The notes below the pieces were generated by a model. The model was not told the DNA's origin. It saw only the letters and a list, made by a program, of their open reading frames with translations, and ran no database searches. A program made the position numbers and the translations under genes. A stretch of 64,000 nucleotides of DNA from the human T2T-CHM13v2.0 reference genome, Homo sapiens. The stretch lies in NCBI RefSeq assembly GCF_009914755.1, contig NC_060931.1; one strand, 5' to 3'. Each line of letters starts with the position of its first letter. Position 1 is the stretch's first letter. Below are positions 28,580-43,609 of the stretch, one piece after another.

Positions 28580-30173
28580 GTAGAATCCACAACAATTGTC
28601 TTAGACCTAAGGAATAAAATTTCATTTCTTCATCATGACATTTATGGTTTTAAGAACTTAGGATAAAACAATGTTCTCAACTCTTTCTTCTTACCTTCCA
28701 TATAATTCCATCCATTATAATCAAATTTATAATGTCTGCTTATTTGCTTACTCCTGCCTAATGCCTGTAATCATGCTATTCTTCCATTTAAAAGTGAGAA
28801 ACAAATACAATGAAGTACACAAATAAACTACTCAAATTTTCTTATTTATATATAAACCCATTTACCCAAACCAAGGTCCAGAACATTCTCAGCACTGCAT
28901 ATGGCACCACCTTTTCTGCCTTTCCTGTTACCACCTTCCCCAGAGATAATTACTTTTCTCATGGATATTAATATAGCTAGTTTTTTTTATAGAATAGTTT
29001 GACTTAATTGTCTAAGAGGAATAAGACAATGAAAGGAAAGGACCATACTGAAAGGAAAGCATAAATTAGTTTTTTCTGACTGGAAACCTTTTTCAGTAGC
29101 CACTTCACTATATAACAAGACCCATGAGCTGAGCCTGGGTTACCATTTAGCTATTATAATGTCCCAAATTAATAAAAACTGAATTTAAAATTTCACTGCT
29201 GCAGTCATCTCTTCATTATTTTCCCAGTAGTATCTGTGAAATAGGTTGACCAACATGTGACCCAAGAATGAGAAGTTCCACACTGACTTTTTAAGAAACT
29301 ATCTTATAAAATGATTCCCTTTATTTCTTATAAAGAAATGAAGATATAAAGTCTGTTTGAAGAGATTAAATTTTTAAATTTTATATTTTAATGGTATATT
29401 TTTGTGTGCTTTTTAATGATGATACAAGCCTATAGGATGCTGTTCTGACTTATGTAACTCAGATAGAGAAGTTCCAGAATGGCATTCCTGAATTCTCCCC
29501 ACAAAAATAGCCCTCCTTTGAGCCACCGATCAAGAGACTGAGAGTCTAACTGTTCAACCAGTTATCAATCTACTTAACCACACTATCACTGAGCTTAGGT
29601 TTCTCTGATTTTTAAGGTTATCACATGAAACTTTATTAAAATCAAATTATTATGTCCATGACATCTCTGACTGACCTATGTAGTGATTCACACAAAAAAT
29701 AGAAAAGAGAAATGAGATCAGTTTGAGAAAACAATACTTTTATCAAATTTCTACCAAACTTACATCATGTCTCCTGACAATCAACATATTCATTGAGGAA
29801 CAGCTATCTGTAGGGCACCACACTAAGCAAGAAATAGACGACAACTCCATTCTAAAGCCAATTGTGATCGTTAATAGTGAAGATACAAGTATGAAAATGA
29901 TTACCACCTGGAGTCATGTCAAGATGAAGATATATTTCTCTAGAAAAGACTGTTAAGAGAGTAAAATCTTAGGGCAACAGTGCTGACGGCCCTTGGCAAG
30001 TAAATATGATGCAAGGACAGAAGTTAGCAGTGTGAGAGGCAGAAGAGAGTCATTTTGGCAAAGGTACCAGGAAGCTTCGGTTATCCCTAACAACCAAATA
30101 TTTAGAACTGAAATGTAGCCAAGCTCATAAAGCCTCTTCTCCTTCTGCCACCAATTCTATTGTTCCTGAAGCT

Positions 30174-30200
30174 GAGAGAGAAAGAGAGAGAGAGAGAGAA
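30174..30200. repeat. (GA)n microsatellite
   Basis: gagagagaaagagagagagagagagaa. Confidence 0.85.
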
Positions 30201-33200
30201 GGTGATAGCCAAACAAATGCTATCAAAGTCCTGTGATGAAATACAAGGAGTTCTAACCCCTAGGGTCACCAGACATACCAGAAAATAATATTCCCAATGT
30301 TACAAGTGCTCTTTGCCCTTTGTCCCTTGACTGGGAAAGTATATTAGAAATTATAGTCATATTTTTCCTTTTGGTTGATAGAAAGAAACTTAGGAGTCAT
30401 CCAATTTCAGTTAATATCAAATCAATTCCTATTAGTAGAAAAATCCAACTCAGCATTGCATTTTCCTTGGCTTGAAAAATGATATTCAGAATTATCTGGC
30501 TGGAATTAAAGTTCAGCTTCTCTGCTTGTCTCTGTGTTGAGCTGCAGTTAGTCTTGAGATGTCAAGCAAAATTATAATTAAAGCACTGAATAGGTTAATC
30601 CATACCTAGACTTAATGTTTTAAAAGGACATTTAAAATGTACCTTTATATTTATTTGACAAATCTGCATACACACCTAACTCTTTATATATCTCATTTCA
30701 TCTAGTCCATGATAGAACACTTTGTATTGTTTAAGCCTTTTGGCTGTACAGATGGTTCTTAATTTGTAATAAAAAAAAAAAGTATTTGTCAGTTTTCTTT
30801 TCAACCTGTCTTATTTATATATCACGAGGACAAAGAACGTTCCCAAATGGTTCAGAGAGGGAGAATTAGTATTTGCTGCTCTTTTTCCCTCTTAGCTTCT
30901 CATTTTATTTTTAATGTTTGATCCAAAGTCATCTCACTCCTACTCGACAGTGTGGAACTTTCTTGCTTCTCTTGCCTCTTGCTTTGACTATTCGAGTCAA
31001 TCCAAAATACTGCTAGAGAAAATTTATGTTTGACTGTAACAACTCTGAGCTTAACTTGGAATGGTGGTGACCATTCTTCTTATGAAAACTAATAGTTCAT
31101 TACTTCCCAAGTCATTCTATTTGAATTTTGAGTCACTCTTATTTTTAGAAGTTTGCCTTTATCGAGCCAAAACCCAGGCAACGAATCATTGGTCCTATTC
31201 TGCAATACGAAACCAAACAGAATCAGTCTAATGATCCTTCTATATACAAATTTATAATCCTTTAAGGAATCTATATGATGCTAGCTTTTTTTGGTTTTTA
31301 GTTAATTTGCTTTGTTTTGAAACAAAAATTTCCAAGCAAAATAGTGAGATTTTTCTAGAGACAGAAAGAAACAGAAGTGCCAATTTTCTTCTAATTTTTC
31401 ATCTAATTAAATCTTTGATTCGAATTCTCCATTTGACAAATGAGAACGTCTACTTCCAACTCTAGTCTTCACAAGTATATGCAAGACAGGATGGTTACAT
31501 TTTATAAAGTCAATTTAGCTCATTATTCTCTACCAATAGACTTAGTTCACATGCTAGAAAATTGAAGTATTTGATCAGTTAGGAAGAAAATATATGTGAT
31601 TTTACAGGACTCTTGAGCAATTTTTAAGAAGAGAGGAAAGGGGCATTCTTCCTTAATTATCTAACTTAAATTTCACCTCCTCTGTGAAGTCCTCCTCTTT
31701 CCCCAGCTTTCTTTACCCTTCAGTCATCACCTATTTCCCTTTAACGTTTTGTGCAATGGTCATATCCCAACTTTGGATTATATTTCAATATGTACAAACT
31801 GATCTCTAGTCTAGCCAGTGGGCTACTGGAGGACAAGAAAGTTAACCACTTGTATCTCAGGCACATTGTGAGGAATCAATAGATATTAATTCACTCGAAT
31901 TAGAAGTTGAATTAACTCTATTTCCCAAAGACAAGCTGAATAGATTCTATTGATTTGTTCCAAGGTCATAGATGTTGATGGTTTCGAATGAAGCTGATTC
32001 AGCTTTCCTGGTCTCATCCGGACAAGCTGATTCTATACACACCATTTGTTCATTTTGTGAAACTATGTTCCTAAGAAAATATATTGAGCTTTCATTCTCA
32101 CAATATGTATAATACTTGTATTTTGCAACTTACAATATTGGCCGTATTCAATAAGGGGACATTTTCTACAAGAATTGCTCTCAGATGGATACCATGGATG
32201 GCCACAAAGTTTTCCTTTGTGCCATTTTTAGCAGAATCCTAGACACATCCTACAAATTTATATGATTTTTAGATCATAACTCATACTTTTTAATTACCTT
32301 GGTATTTTTGGAAGGCTTTTCCTAGTCAGGCAAAGAGACCATTCTAAACCAAAAGGAAAGCTCCATTTGGGGTGGAAAATGAGCAGACTAAAAAAATACA
32401 TCCAAAGGGCAAAAATAGATATATCTGTGTCCGATTTTTTACACCAGTCTCACAAAATCTATGCCTAGAACATTTTCACAGGACACTGGTACCATGGAGA
32501 GATCAAATGATAAACTTATATGGCATTTGATTAGATTAAATTATAACTAGCCAGATTCTGATCAAGCAAAGAAACACACAAAGACACATGGCACAGAGCT
32601 AAGTTCTAGGTGTTTTTACCTAGGACCTTTTCAGCCTCTGGTGGCAGAGGAGAAATAAGAATTGATTGGTGAAGGCTATCCTTGCCCTTCTGAAGAGAAG
32701 TGATTTCTTCCTACTTCAGGATGTTCATATATAGCTGCCAAGCAGAGCCAAGGAAGCCGTCAACCTGGGAACAAATTTTGGTGGTACTGAACCACTTCTG
32801 TCTTGTTCCCCCTTACTGTGCCTATTGATTTGGGGACTGAGCCCCAAAGGCCAGATATTTTAAGGGACATTCAATATATGAGAATTATGTGTGAATTATG
32901 AAGTGTATAAAGCAAGATGCTTTGAAACTCTGTGTCCAATTAAGTGGTGTTTCACCTTGTCTGAGCTTGTTTCCTAATTAGTAAAGTTAAATGAAGAAAT
33001 TGAATGATTTCACTTAATTCCTAAATAGCAGATTGGAATCAAACTTCCTATACTTAGCTCCTCCTACACTTTATTGTTTAGGATATGTCAATAGCAGAAA
33101 ACACAATTACCAGTGAGGAAAACTAAATCATCACCACCATTATCACCATCATTGTCATTGTTATTATTATTATTGTCATGTTCATCACAGCATGGAAGAA

Positions 33201-35259
33201 TATTTTTCAGAGTTTTTATTCTGTTTCTTAAAGAAGGCAATTTAATATACTCAGAGTTGCAGTCTTTGACCAGTGTTAAGGTAACAGCTCAATGCTTGTG
33301 ATCCAATCCTTACATAACTTGAGGGGAAGATTTATTTGTATATTTATCTTTGTTGAATACCTACTAAGTTTGCCATCTATCCTTTTTGACACCTCTTTTT
33401 ATCACTTCAAAGTTGAGATAATGGTAACTATGTATTGTAATAATAATATTTTTTAAAAATCTGTAATTGGCATTTCCAATATTTATTACTCAACTTTCTA
33501 TATATATAACTTTTTGGATTCTTTCTAAATTAGTATGCTTTACATCATAGAGGGCACTCAGGACCTGTCTCCAGGCTTCACTGCTATATGACAGATGCCA
33601 AAAATACATACACTAGAGGACTTTGGAAATCTGAAGAGTCCATACAGAGTATTAGTGATTCTTTTCTCTGTGTCATTTGTAGGATATAGTCTATTATTAT
33701 CACGTTTGAGTTGTAGCTCATTTGGGTTTTTTTTTCCTTTTAGATATGAATATCAGAAGATATATTATAAAAAAGGGTTAAATACAACCCCCTTCCACTA
33801 GTCCAGCTTTAAATCAAATGCTGTCAGCTAATGTAATATATAATATAAATATGATTTTCTTAGTCATTTACAGTAACATTTTCACAGTGACATGAAAGTG
33901 ATATCTCTAAAATAAAAGTCTGATGATAATGCTGCCTTTTCTAAAACACTTCAGTGGCATCCCACACCTCATTGTTGAAGCTGAAACTCCTTAGTATAAA
34001 ATATAAGAGGCTCTGTTATTTTGCTCTTGCTTATTGCTCTATTCCTTGTCCATTAATGCCACATCCCACATTCATGGGTTTTTACCCTCGGGTGTAACAA
34101 TTCATGATACTTGTTTTCAAAGACAGTGATAGATGCAGGTCTCCATATATGATAGAAGTTACAGTTTGTTTAAGGTATATTCTAAGGTCTTAGATGAAGC
34201 ATAAAGCATAGATGCTTTATGATGTGAAAATATCTATAAGTTTATTGAGTCACAGAAACCAGGAAATAGGGACTTTCCAGGTGCTCTGTTAATCCATGTT
34301 GTTGTAAAGATGCATGATCATTAACTTCACTGAAAGAAATGGTAAGCCCAGTAGAACATTAAGTGCCCCAGCATAGTTCCCATATAGGATCTGAGGAAAG
34401 GGACATTTATTTTCATTCATTCACATTTCTGTAAAAAAAAAAAAAAAAAAAAAAATACACACGGTGTCTTGTATTGTGTCACAAGAAAAGTAGAAAATGT
34501 TCTCAATGACGAAGGGTCACTTTCTTGTTACCATTAACTAGAGTTTTCCTCATGGAATGAATGATATCACTGCTTGTTTCCTTCTGAGCTCTCTCTAAAA
34601 AAACCCTTTTCATTTCCTTCTGAGCTATACCTAGAAAAGCCCTTTCCTTTACTGAGTATTACCAAGGAAAGGTGAAAAATGAGTTTCCTCTAAGTATTTC
34701 TGATTCATACTTTTTCATTTCTATATTGACTTGGTTACACACAGCATATTTCTGTGATTTCAGGTTCTTCTTGTAATTCTTTTTTAGCACCAAAACATGT
34801 TGTCTATCTTTTTATATACATAATGAAGTATGCACATTGAAAAAGTGAAAATATGTACTCTCTGTTGCACCTTGCTATTTATCTTCCAAAAAGAATGAAT
34901 CCTTGAAAAAAACAGCTGGGCATCAAAATAACAAACATATCTAGTACATGCCAGAGAAAATTTATAATAAATTTAGAAAATAATCTTTTTATAATAGGTC
35001 CTCAGATAGTAGCCTAATATCACATATGCCTTGTCTAATAATCCCTACAGCCATCTGAGATTGAGAGAGAGTTAGGAGCCTCACTGCATGTGCTAAACAC
35101 TAAAGTAATTGGAGCTGAGGCAAGGCTATTCTAAAGAAAGCCTGTATCTCAGTGGGGAGCTCCCTTTTCAAAACTATCTTGTTCACACAATCCAAATGAC
35201 ATTTGGAAGCAGCAGCAGCTTTGGACAAATTGCAGCCTTTTGCAAGTACATTCTCCAAA

Positions 35260-35485
35260 TCTGGTTCTGCTGGAGTTACAGTCCAAAGACTCAAGTTAGA
35301 TTCCAGGGCCTACCACTTAGACTTACAAGCTGTATGACTATAATCTATTTACTTCTCTGTGCTTCAGTGCCCTCATAGATAAAGTGCATATGATTATAGT
35401 ACCTACACCTCATAGGTAGGTACTATGAATGTTAAGACAGTAGAAATGCCTAGCATATAGTGTTTAACGAACTTTTATCATTACT
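35260..35485 (+). mobile_element. MIR remnant
   Basis: ...acttacaagctgtatgact...acttctctgtgcttcagt...atagtacctacacctcatagg. Confidence 0.65.
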
Positions 35486-36579
35486 ATGATTAAGGTAGCT
35501 AGATATACAGAAAAGAAAACATTGGTAAAATGAGAATCACTTATGGAATCTCTTCTCATTAGATTTACCTGGTATCAATACACTATAGAGCACACAATTA
35601 TGTCCTTGCTCTCCTTAGCTATCTATGGTTTCATCATGGTCATTTCCAGGAGGGGTCTGAATATTCTGTGTTTTAATCCACACAAGGGTAACAGAAGAAA
35701 ATACCTGAGTTCTAGAAATGCCTCAGCACTGGAAAAGTTACCTGATATTCAGGGCCACTCTCACAGGAGCTGCTTTCTAGCCATCTCTTCTGAGAGCAGT
35801 GTCACACTGGGAATACACAGAGGACCATGATGTAAAAAGCAGCAGTGGCTCCTTTCTGTCAAAACTAGTACTCTGTTCCTGCTTCCTTGTGAAAGACAGC
35901 ATAAAAGAGGAAATGAAAGCGTTTCAAAGACTTGATTAGTTTGTGACTAGAGAGTCAGCTCAGGTGAACAAAATGATTAGTATGGGACCAAAAAGGAAAA
36001 AAAAAACCTCAATTTGGATTCTGAATCAGATTTCTGAGATCACTTAACTCATTAAGTACCATCTCCATTCAAAATCCTTTTACATCAAACAACATGAGAA
36101 ATATGCACAACTACAAAACGAAACACAACAAAACCTTAGATGTTAGGAGGTCACGTTCAAGGGTATCAGCAAAGGCATGTTGGGATCCTCACAGAAACAA
36201 AATGTTAATTAACGTGGGTAACAATGTGGACTGGGGAAACAAACACCATTACCTACCTAAACAGCTGGCTTGATATAAAAGAAAACTGTGTGCCATTCTA
36301 TTCTCTTTATAGTAGTCTTCTCTCTCTTGATCAAATAGAATTTTGAGTTTTATATCTACTGTTTAAGATTATACTGAATTTGAAGAGTCACTATCTCAAT
36401 ATATTTGAGATTATATTGAATTTTCTCTTTATACTTTCTAGAGAATAAATATAAAACATCAATACTACTATTTTGAAACACTGATTTACTTTTCGGAAAG
36501 AGAAGAAAGGGCAAAGGGATGGGAACTAATATAGATATACCAAATTATGTGCAACACACACGTAAGTAACTTTCATTTT

Positions 36580-36800
36580 ATTGGTTAGTTTCCTAAATAC
36601 TATACATGAACTATCATGTTAATCCTTGCAATAGCCCAATAAGGTAGGTTCATTTTTATTCCAATTTTACAAATAAGAAAATAGTCTCAGGGAAGGTAAG
36701 TAATTTGCCACAATAATCTCAGTAGCTTGAAGGAGGAAGAGCCAACCTAGATCCACCTGCCTGGGAAACTTTGCTTATTGCAGTTCACCACATTGCCTAG
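36580..36800 (-). mobile_element. MIR remnant
   Basis: aataaggtaggtt...attccaattttacaaataagaaaa...ggtaagtaatttgcc. Confidence 0.65.
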
Positions 36801-38613
36801 TTAGCCAGAGACTCTGAATAAACTCTTCCAGAGCCTGATTTCTAAAAGGATCTAATTTAATGGTTAGCTCTCTAAGAGAAGCTGCCTTTCCTCTAGGGGG
36901 AAGGCATTGACAATTCTAGACAGTGACGTAACCCTCTGCTCAAGGCTGACTTCCTCTTTGTTGGTGACAGCTGAATTCTCCTCCTGGTTCAATCTAAGAA
37001 GCACAAAACCAAGTGCACTGCCTCATTGGGCAAGAGAAAAGTGATGAGCGTGCAGAGAGATGCCTGGCAAAGAAGATTACAAACAGCTTGTTTGGAAAGA
37101 GTATTTGAGTTTTAGAAAGAAATAGAGTTCATGCTTTTAAGTAGAGGCATGCAAATTTTGGCACATAAACTTCCTGCTTAAGAAATAAATTATCAATCCA
37201 TGCCCCAGGTTGTAAAGAATTAAGTCAGATTCTTCCCATAACCTAGAACTCTCCTTGTTAGTGATAAAAATTACTTAGGACTTTGTTATTTCATTGCAAT
37301 AATTAGCACTGACAACTGAGAAGAGACTGAGGTAAGAATGGCCACTAAGACTAAGCTAGTTTTCCACGTTACTCATTAAATCCTTTTAGACTCAGTCCAA
37401 GCCCCATCACAGGCATGTCTCATCCCTGAGCTCCTCTTCTAGACTGAGGATGAACCTCACCACCTCACTCTTCTTAGAGACTGTATGGATTAGTAATTAT
37501 CTCATGTACTATACTTATTGTATCTCTTTCAATTCTGGGATGTAACAAAATAGTGGAAATATACAAGTGATAAACCAAAACAATGTATTTGGTATTATAA
37601 TCTTTCACAAGCCTAGCATGGTTCTGAGTATACTGAATCACAACACTTTAAAACAGCAATTAAAAAAGCTGAGCCCTTTTATATTTGCCAGGCACTATTT
37701 TAAGGACGTGTTTCTATTATTTTATAAATTTTTCATAAACACCCTGTAAGATAGGGACTGTAAATGCTCTTACATGCCCCAGTCTGACTTCTGAACCTAC
37801 TTCCTTTACACTCCGCCACTCTACCACCTACTGAGAGGACTCAGAGCTAGAAAGAATATCTTCATTTTACAAATAAAGTGAAGAACCAGAAAAGTTAACC
37901 ACCTTGCCCATGCTTAAACTATTACTAGCAGAACTGAGCTAGAAGCCAGTTTTCTGATCCTACTTTCAAAATTATTTGACAACATACCTTTCTGTAAGGG
38001 AAGTAATTCATTTATAGAATTTTTGTGCAATTTTAATGTTTTAGAGGAAAACTGTGGCACTTTCAAAGTTTCTCAGTCCCTTGCATACTATCTTCATGGC
38101 ATATGTGTTATCTTTTATAAAATAGTAATACACAATAATGTATTGTCTTAAAAATAGCATCCTTACCTCAATGCCAGATGGAAAAATATTTCTCAACTAC
38201 TAAATGTAAATATTAGCTGTGAATGATTTGAGATTCTGCCTGATGAGGAAGCTTTTAGCAGAAAAAGTGGGTTAAGGCTTTAATTTTTAATTCACTTTTA
38301 TTTAGATAAAACAAACGTGTAGAAAAGTATGGGATATACTACTGTTAATGCAAGTACTCATGTACAAAAATACCTAAACACATATTAATACTTTGCTACA
38401 TATGGTTTAAAGCCCCTTTAGAAAACAAAAACAGAAACATTATAAAAACGGCTAATGCCTCACTACCATCTGCTTCTTCTACTAAATGTGGCCACTCTTC
38501 TGAAATAGTCATACATTGTCCCTACGCATGTCTTACATACTTTCACTACTTACATATGCATGCAGTCATAGGTAATATACAATAATTTTATATGTTTAAA
38601 ATGTATTTGAAGG

Positions 38614-38921
<308 letters not shown>

Positions 38922-40506
38922 TTATCTATTATACAACTACATATTACTTTACTTTCTTCCCTGACATCATGTTTTGTTCTAGTTTTCAGTAAGATACTGC
39001 TATCTTTAGGCATATAAATGATATCCCTCGATGTTAGGGCATATGACAAATGTGAGTATAAGATATGACTATGAAGGAAAACCACATATTTAAATAACAG
39101 ATCCCTGTGAGGCAAAGACTATCATGTATCTTGTTATGTATTTTATCATCTTTAATGCAGATAGAATACTTCTTAAATAAAAATGAAAAATTGACATTAT
39201 AAAAGTGGAGTGGAGATATAAACAAAACCAAGTATTCACATACAGAGAACCAACTGCTAAAACATCATGAAAATCTAGGACAAGGGAGGCCCACCAGAGA
39301 AGGGTAAAGAATTCCGAATGCTCTTGGATTCTAGCCCTGCTGAGCCACTAGGGCTATTGCCCACCTGCTGCTCTGGCCTTTCCAATACCCCTGTCCCCGC
39401 CTATCTTACTCTCCTGTGCTTACAAACACTCTTTATCTTTTCTTAGCCCAGCTCTGAGTTTTAGCCAGAGAAAATGCCAGTGGAACATCTCTTCCCTTCT
39501 CTTGAAATTCTGTCACCCAACGAAGCCTCCTGACAAGTTCCCCATCACTGGAGCTCTTTTGCAAACATCCTCCCATTAACTACAAATTATTTTGCCTTTC
39601 TGACTTGTTGCATTATTCATGCTTTTAGCCTCATGAAATAACTCCCCAAGGCATGTTATTCCTTTTGGCACAAATTTTTCATTTTCCATGCCTATTTTGT
39701 GTGACTAAAACATAAGCAATCATAATAACTTGGTGGCTTCTGCAGTGATGTTTCTCCAGAACTCTATCGTCATCCCATATAAAACATATAGTATGGCTTT
39801 TTCAAGTGAAAAGATTAATATCTTATTATTCCTATTAAGACTTTTAAGTCTGAAGTTAGAGATGACAATAAGAGTATTGGTTTATAACTCATTCTAATAC
39901 TAGAGGAACTCCAGGAGCCCCACGACTGGAGCCAAAATAACTACAAAGTGATAATACACATGTGTATGTCACTTAACAGTTTTGTAAATCACGTTTGCTG
40001 ACATTACTTCATGTGATTTTCACAACAGTAAGAGGTTTAAAAATGAGGGACATGCAGACTACTAGCCTTTTAATTTGCTTCTATTTTCACAAATAGCATC
40101 CTTACAGAGTGCTGCAACCAAAAGCCAGAGAGTGTCTTGCCTTTCACAATGCCAAATCAAAAAGGTGAATGCATAGCCCACTCAGAGAAATAAAGCTTAT
40201 GAAGACAGTCTTCGCTACAGGAGCCTGCTCATCATCCAATATCGTCCTCTTGGCTGTGCACCTTTTGATGTAACACTGAAATGAGAATCAACCAACCTAA
40301 ATATCTGTAACAATATCTGGGAAGATGTATAATTCAGAATTGCATGAAGACAACAAAAGATTAGTTGACACTTAGGACTGGCAATTTTGTGTGTGCTCCT
40401 GTAACCCCAGCCACATGTAACTCCATGCCTGGAGAGTGTTCTGGAATCTGGGCATATCTTCTCTACAGTATTCGACTTGTCTCTTGAATGCCATACATGG
40501 CAATTT

Positions 40507-40885
40507 TGTATGCTGAATTGTGTCCCCTCTCTCCAAATTCATAAGTTGACGTCGGAACCCTCATTACTTCAGAATATAACTGCATTTTGGAGATAAGGTT
40601 TATAAAGAGGTAATTAAGTTAAAATGAGGTCCTAACCCAATCTGACTAGCATCCTTCAGAGAAGAGGAAGAAATGCCAGGGCTGTGAGTGCACAAAGGGT
40701 CAACTATGTGAAGAGGCATCAAGAGGGCAGCCATCTGCAAAGTCAGAGAGATAAACCTTAGGAGAAACCAACTTGCCAGTGCCTTGATTTTGGACTCGCT
40801 TCTTCAGAAATGTGAGAAAATAAATTTTGTTGATTAAGCCACCTAGTCTGTAGTACTTTGTTATGGCAACCGTAGCAAACTATTC
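40507..40885 (+). mobile_element. MLT1B-like MaLR solo LTR
   Basis: gctgaattgtgtcccc...gaggtaattaagttaaaatgagg...ttaagccacctagtctgtagtactttgttatggca. Confidence 0.8.
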
Positions 40886-42998
40886 CAACAGCAAAGAACG
40901 TTAGTCCTGGGTATTTCAAGTGCACCAAATGGCTAACTCTGCAATCAAGATAAAGCGTCACAAGGAGTCTGGAGTTCTCACCTCCCTCATCCAAAAACCC
41001 TCAACCTTGGTTCCCAGTCACCCTCCACCAACACCCTCCTTCTTATTTTGTTTGGCTTTGCCTCATGTCTTGTCAGTCATCCTCTATACCATGGATTTTG
41101 GTAATGATAGGGGCCCAGTAGCTTTAGATTCTGAGCATTGAAAAGAAATATGTTCTACATGGGCTGGTCTTCAGGCACACTGTCTAAAGGGTAATCAAAC
41201 ATTTCCCATGAAATGTAACCACCCTCTTGCCATCAGATCTTGTATGTATTGTTGTACAGAATATGTTTTATCAGTTCTTCAATGTGATTTGCCATAAAAC
41301 AACCCCTTCTTTTTATTTGAACTTTGATATACAACATACTCCAAGAGGAGGTTAAGTTTCTTGAACTGGTTGTGAGGAGGGTTAGGAAATTTATCCTACC
41401 ATACTCACAGTACTATAGAGGCAAATGTGGCATAAAATTATATCCTTGCAACTGCTTCTACCAGGTTTATGAAATTACTCTACAGTTTCCAGTTTCTTCT
41501 TACTAAGGTGCTAGTGATAACCAGTAATGAAGGTAAGCCTCTGCTTAGTCCTGCCTAAATTCTTTCTCATCTGATTTCTGTTTTCCTATGTTGTTCTTTT
41601 CCCTTTGAGGAATGAAAATTTCTGTGCCTGGATTCTTACTTCTTAATCTCTGTTTATACAGTTCTCCAAAATGTATGCAATAACATTTAGCAATAAATGT
41701 CTATAAGCTCTTTTCATCTTGCAAAAACTTGACTGCCTACAAATTTATCACCCTGGAAATGACATCTGCCTGTTCTATCAAGTTGGAAATGCTGTTCACC
41801 AACCTAAGCACTTGTGCCTTTTTCTCCAACCTGCTGGGAAGTTGGAGGAGCATGGATCTCTTGTGGGAAGAGCCATTCCCAAATGGTGCCTGAGCTAAAA
41901 GCAGATCTCATGGTGGCAGGGGTGATATCTAAAATATTTAATAACTAGTAAGGTACAAGCACAAAAACCAATCAAAACTGATACATATTATGTGGGAATA
42001 TGAAGCATTTTCAAATTAATCATGAGATAGATTTAAAGAAATATTAAAATTTACCAAATAACTTACTGTGAGTCCCTGGCTTTGTTACAGCTATATCATC
42101 ATGGTACTTATTAGCCACTGGAGAGGCCAGAATTATATCAGAGATACAACCAGCCTGCCACTCATTGGCCTTTACCCTCTGTGATGTTCCTGACACTGCC
42201 AGCAAAACCTCTCTATCACAGACTTACAGCTTCCTCCAGCTGCAAGAAACCCTGGTCTTGTTCTTATCTACTAAGCAAATGAATATTATAATCGACAAAT
42301 AAATGAGCTTGATTGGGTCCTCATCCACTTATTCACTCATGTCACAAAAATTAAGTGAATTACAAATATGGACCAAGCACTGAATTCATTTTTAAAAATT
42401 TAATGAATAAATAAAATGATATGAGTAGATGCATAAATGAACAAATGACTAAAACTACGGTGATTACTAATTCTCTTTTGTAGAATAAGCATGGATTATT
42501 CTCCAAATAGAGGCTCTTAACACAGAAGACAAGGTAGGGAGGAAACTTCTACCAGTTTTAAAGAGACCAAGAGGGCAGAGAAGGGACATTTAGTTCTGAG
42601 ATATCAATGATAGGACTGTGTTACAGATTCAGAAGCTGTCATTACTTGAGAGCAGAAGGAAGAAACAAAACAAAACGTTATTAACAATGATGGCAACATG
42701 TAAGTCTAGTTGGTTCTACCATAAATATTTGTATAGACTCTGCTATTTTCAAACTAATACTGATTAATTCTATCAGTTTAGCTTACCTCAACCCTGAAGA
42801 GGTTTATATTGCAATCATTCCACTCTACCTATTAAAAATTGATTATTTTGCAACTTGTATTATTTCTTTTAAGTTGCAGATTATTTGCTTATTTCAGTGA
42901 ATTTTGTTGTATTTGGGCCTATGCCTGGGGCCACAGCTCCTTAAACTAACACAAAAGAAAAGGTTGAGTCATAAGCCCACCAAGATCCATTTCCTTAT

Positions 42999-43457
42999 TG
43001 TCAGGCCTCTGAGCCCAAGCTAAGCCATCATATCCCCTGTGACTTGCATGTATACATCCAGATGGCCTGAAGTAACTGAAGAATAACAAAAGAAGTGATG
43101 TTTAAATGGCCTGTTCCTGCCTTAACTAATGACATTCCACCACAAAAGAAGTGAAAATGGCCGGTGCTTGCCCTTAAATGATGACATTACCTTGTGAAAT
43201 TCCTTCTCCTGGCTCATCCTGGCTCAAAAAGCTCCCCCACTGAGCACCTTGTGACCACACTCCTGCCCTCCAGAGAACAACCCCCCTTTGCCTGTAATTT
43301 TCCTTTACCTACCGAAATCTTACAAAATGGCCCCACCCCTGTCTCCCTTCGCTGACTCTCTTTGCGGACTCAGCCAGCCTGCACCCAGGTGAAATAAACA
43401 GCCTTGTTGCTCACACAAAGCCTGTTTAATGGTCTCTTCACACTGGCGCGAGCGAAA
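42999..43457 (+). promoter_or_regulatory. HERV-H 5' LTR (LTR7 family)
   Basis: tgtcaggcctctgagcccaagc...gcgcgagcgaaa; TATA position reads TACAAAA (43321-43327); AATAAA present. Confidence 0.95.
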
Positions 43458-43460
43458 TTT

Positions 43461-43478
43461 TGGTGCCAGGACTCGGAT
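43461..43478 (+). other. Primer binding site, tRNA-His type
   Basis: tggtgccaggactcggat versus the His PBS tggtgccgtgactcggat (2 mismatches), directly after the 5' LTR. Confidence 0.9.
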
Positions 43479-43600
43479 CGGGGGCCTCCCTTGGGAGATC
43501 AATCCCCTGTCCTCCTGCTCTTTGTTTCGTGAGAAAGATCCACATACGACCTTGGGTCCTCAGACCGACCAGCCCAAGGAACATCTCACCAATTTTAAAT

Positions 43601-43609
43601 CTGGTAAGC
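43601..43609 (+). other. HERV-H major splice donor
   Basis: ctg|gtaagc about 145 nt downstream of the 5' LTR. Confidence 0.75.

Noticed and set aside
34433-34454. Isolated poly(A) run as the tail of a processed pseudogene
   Set aside because: No upstream coding or SINE body and no TSD visible
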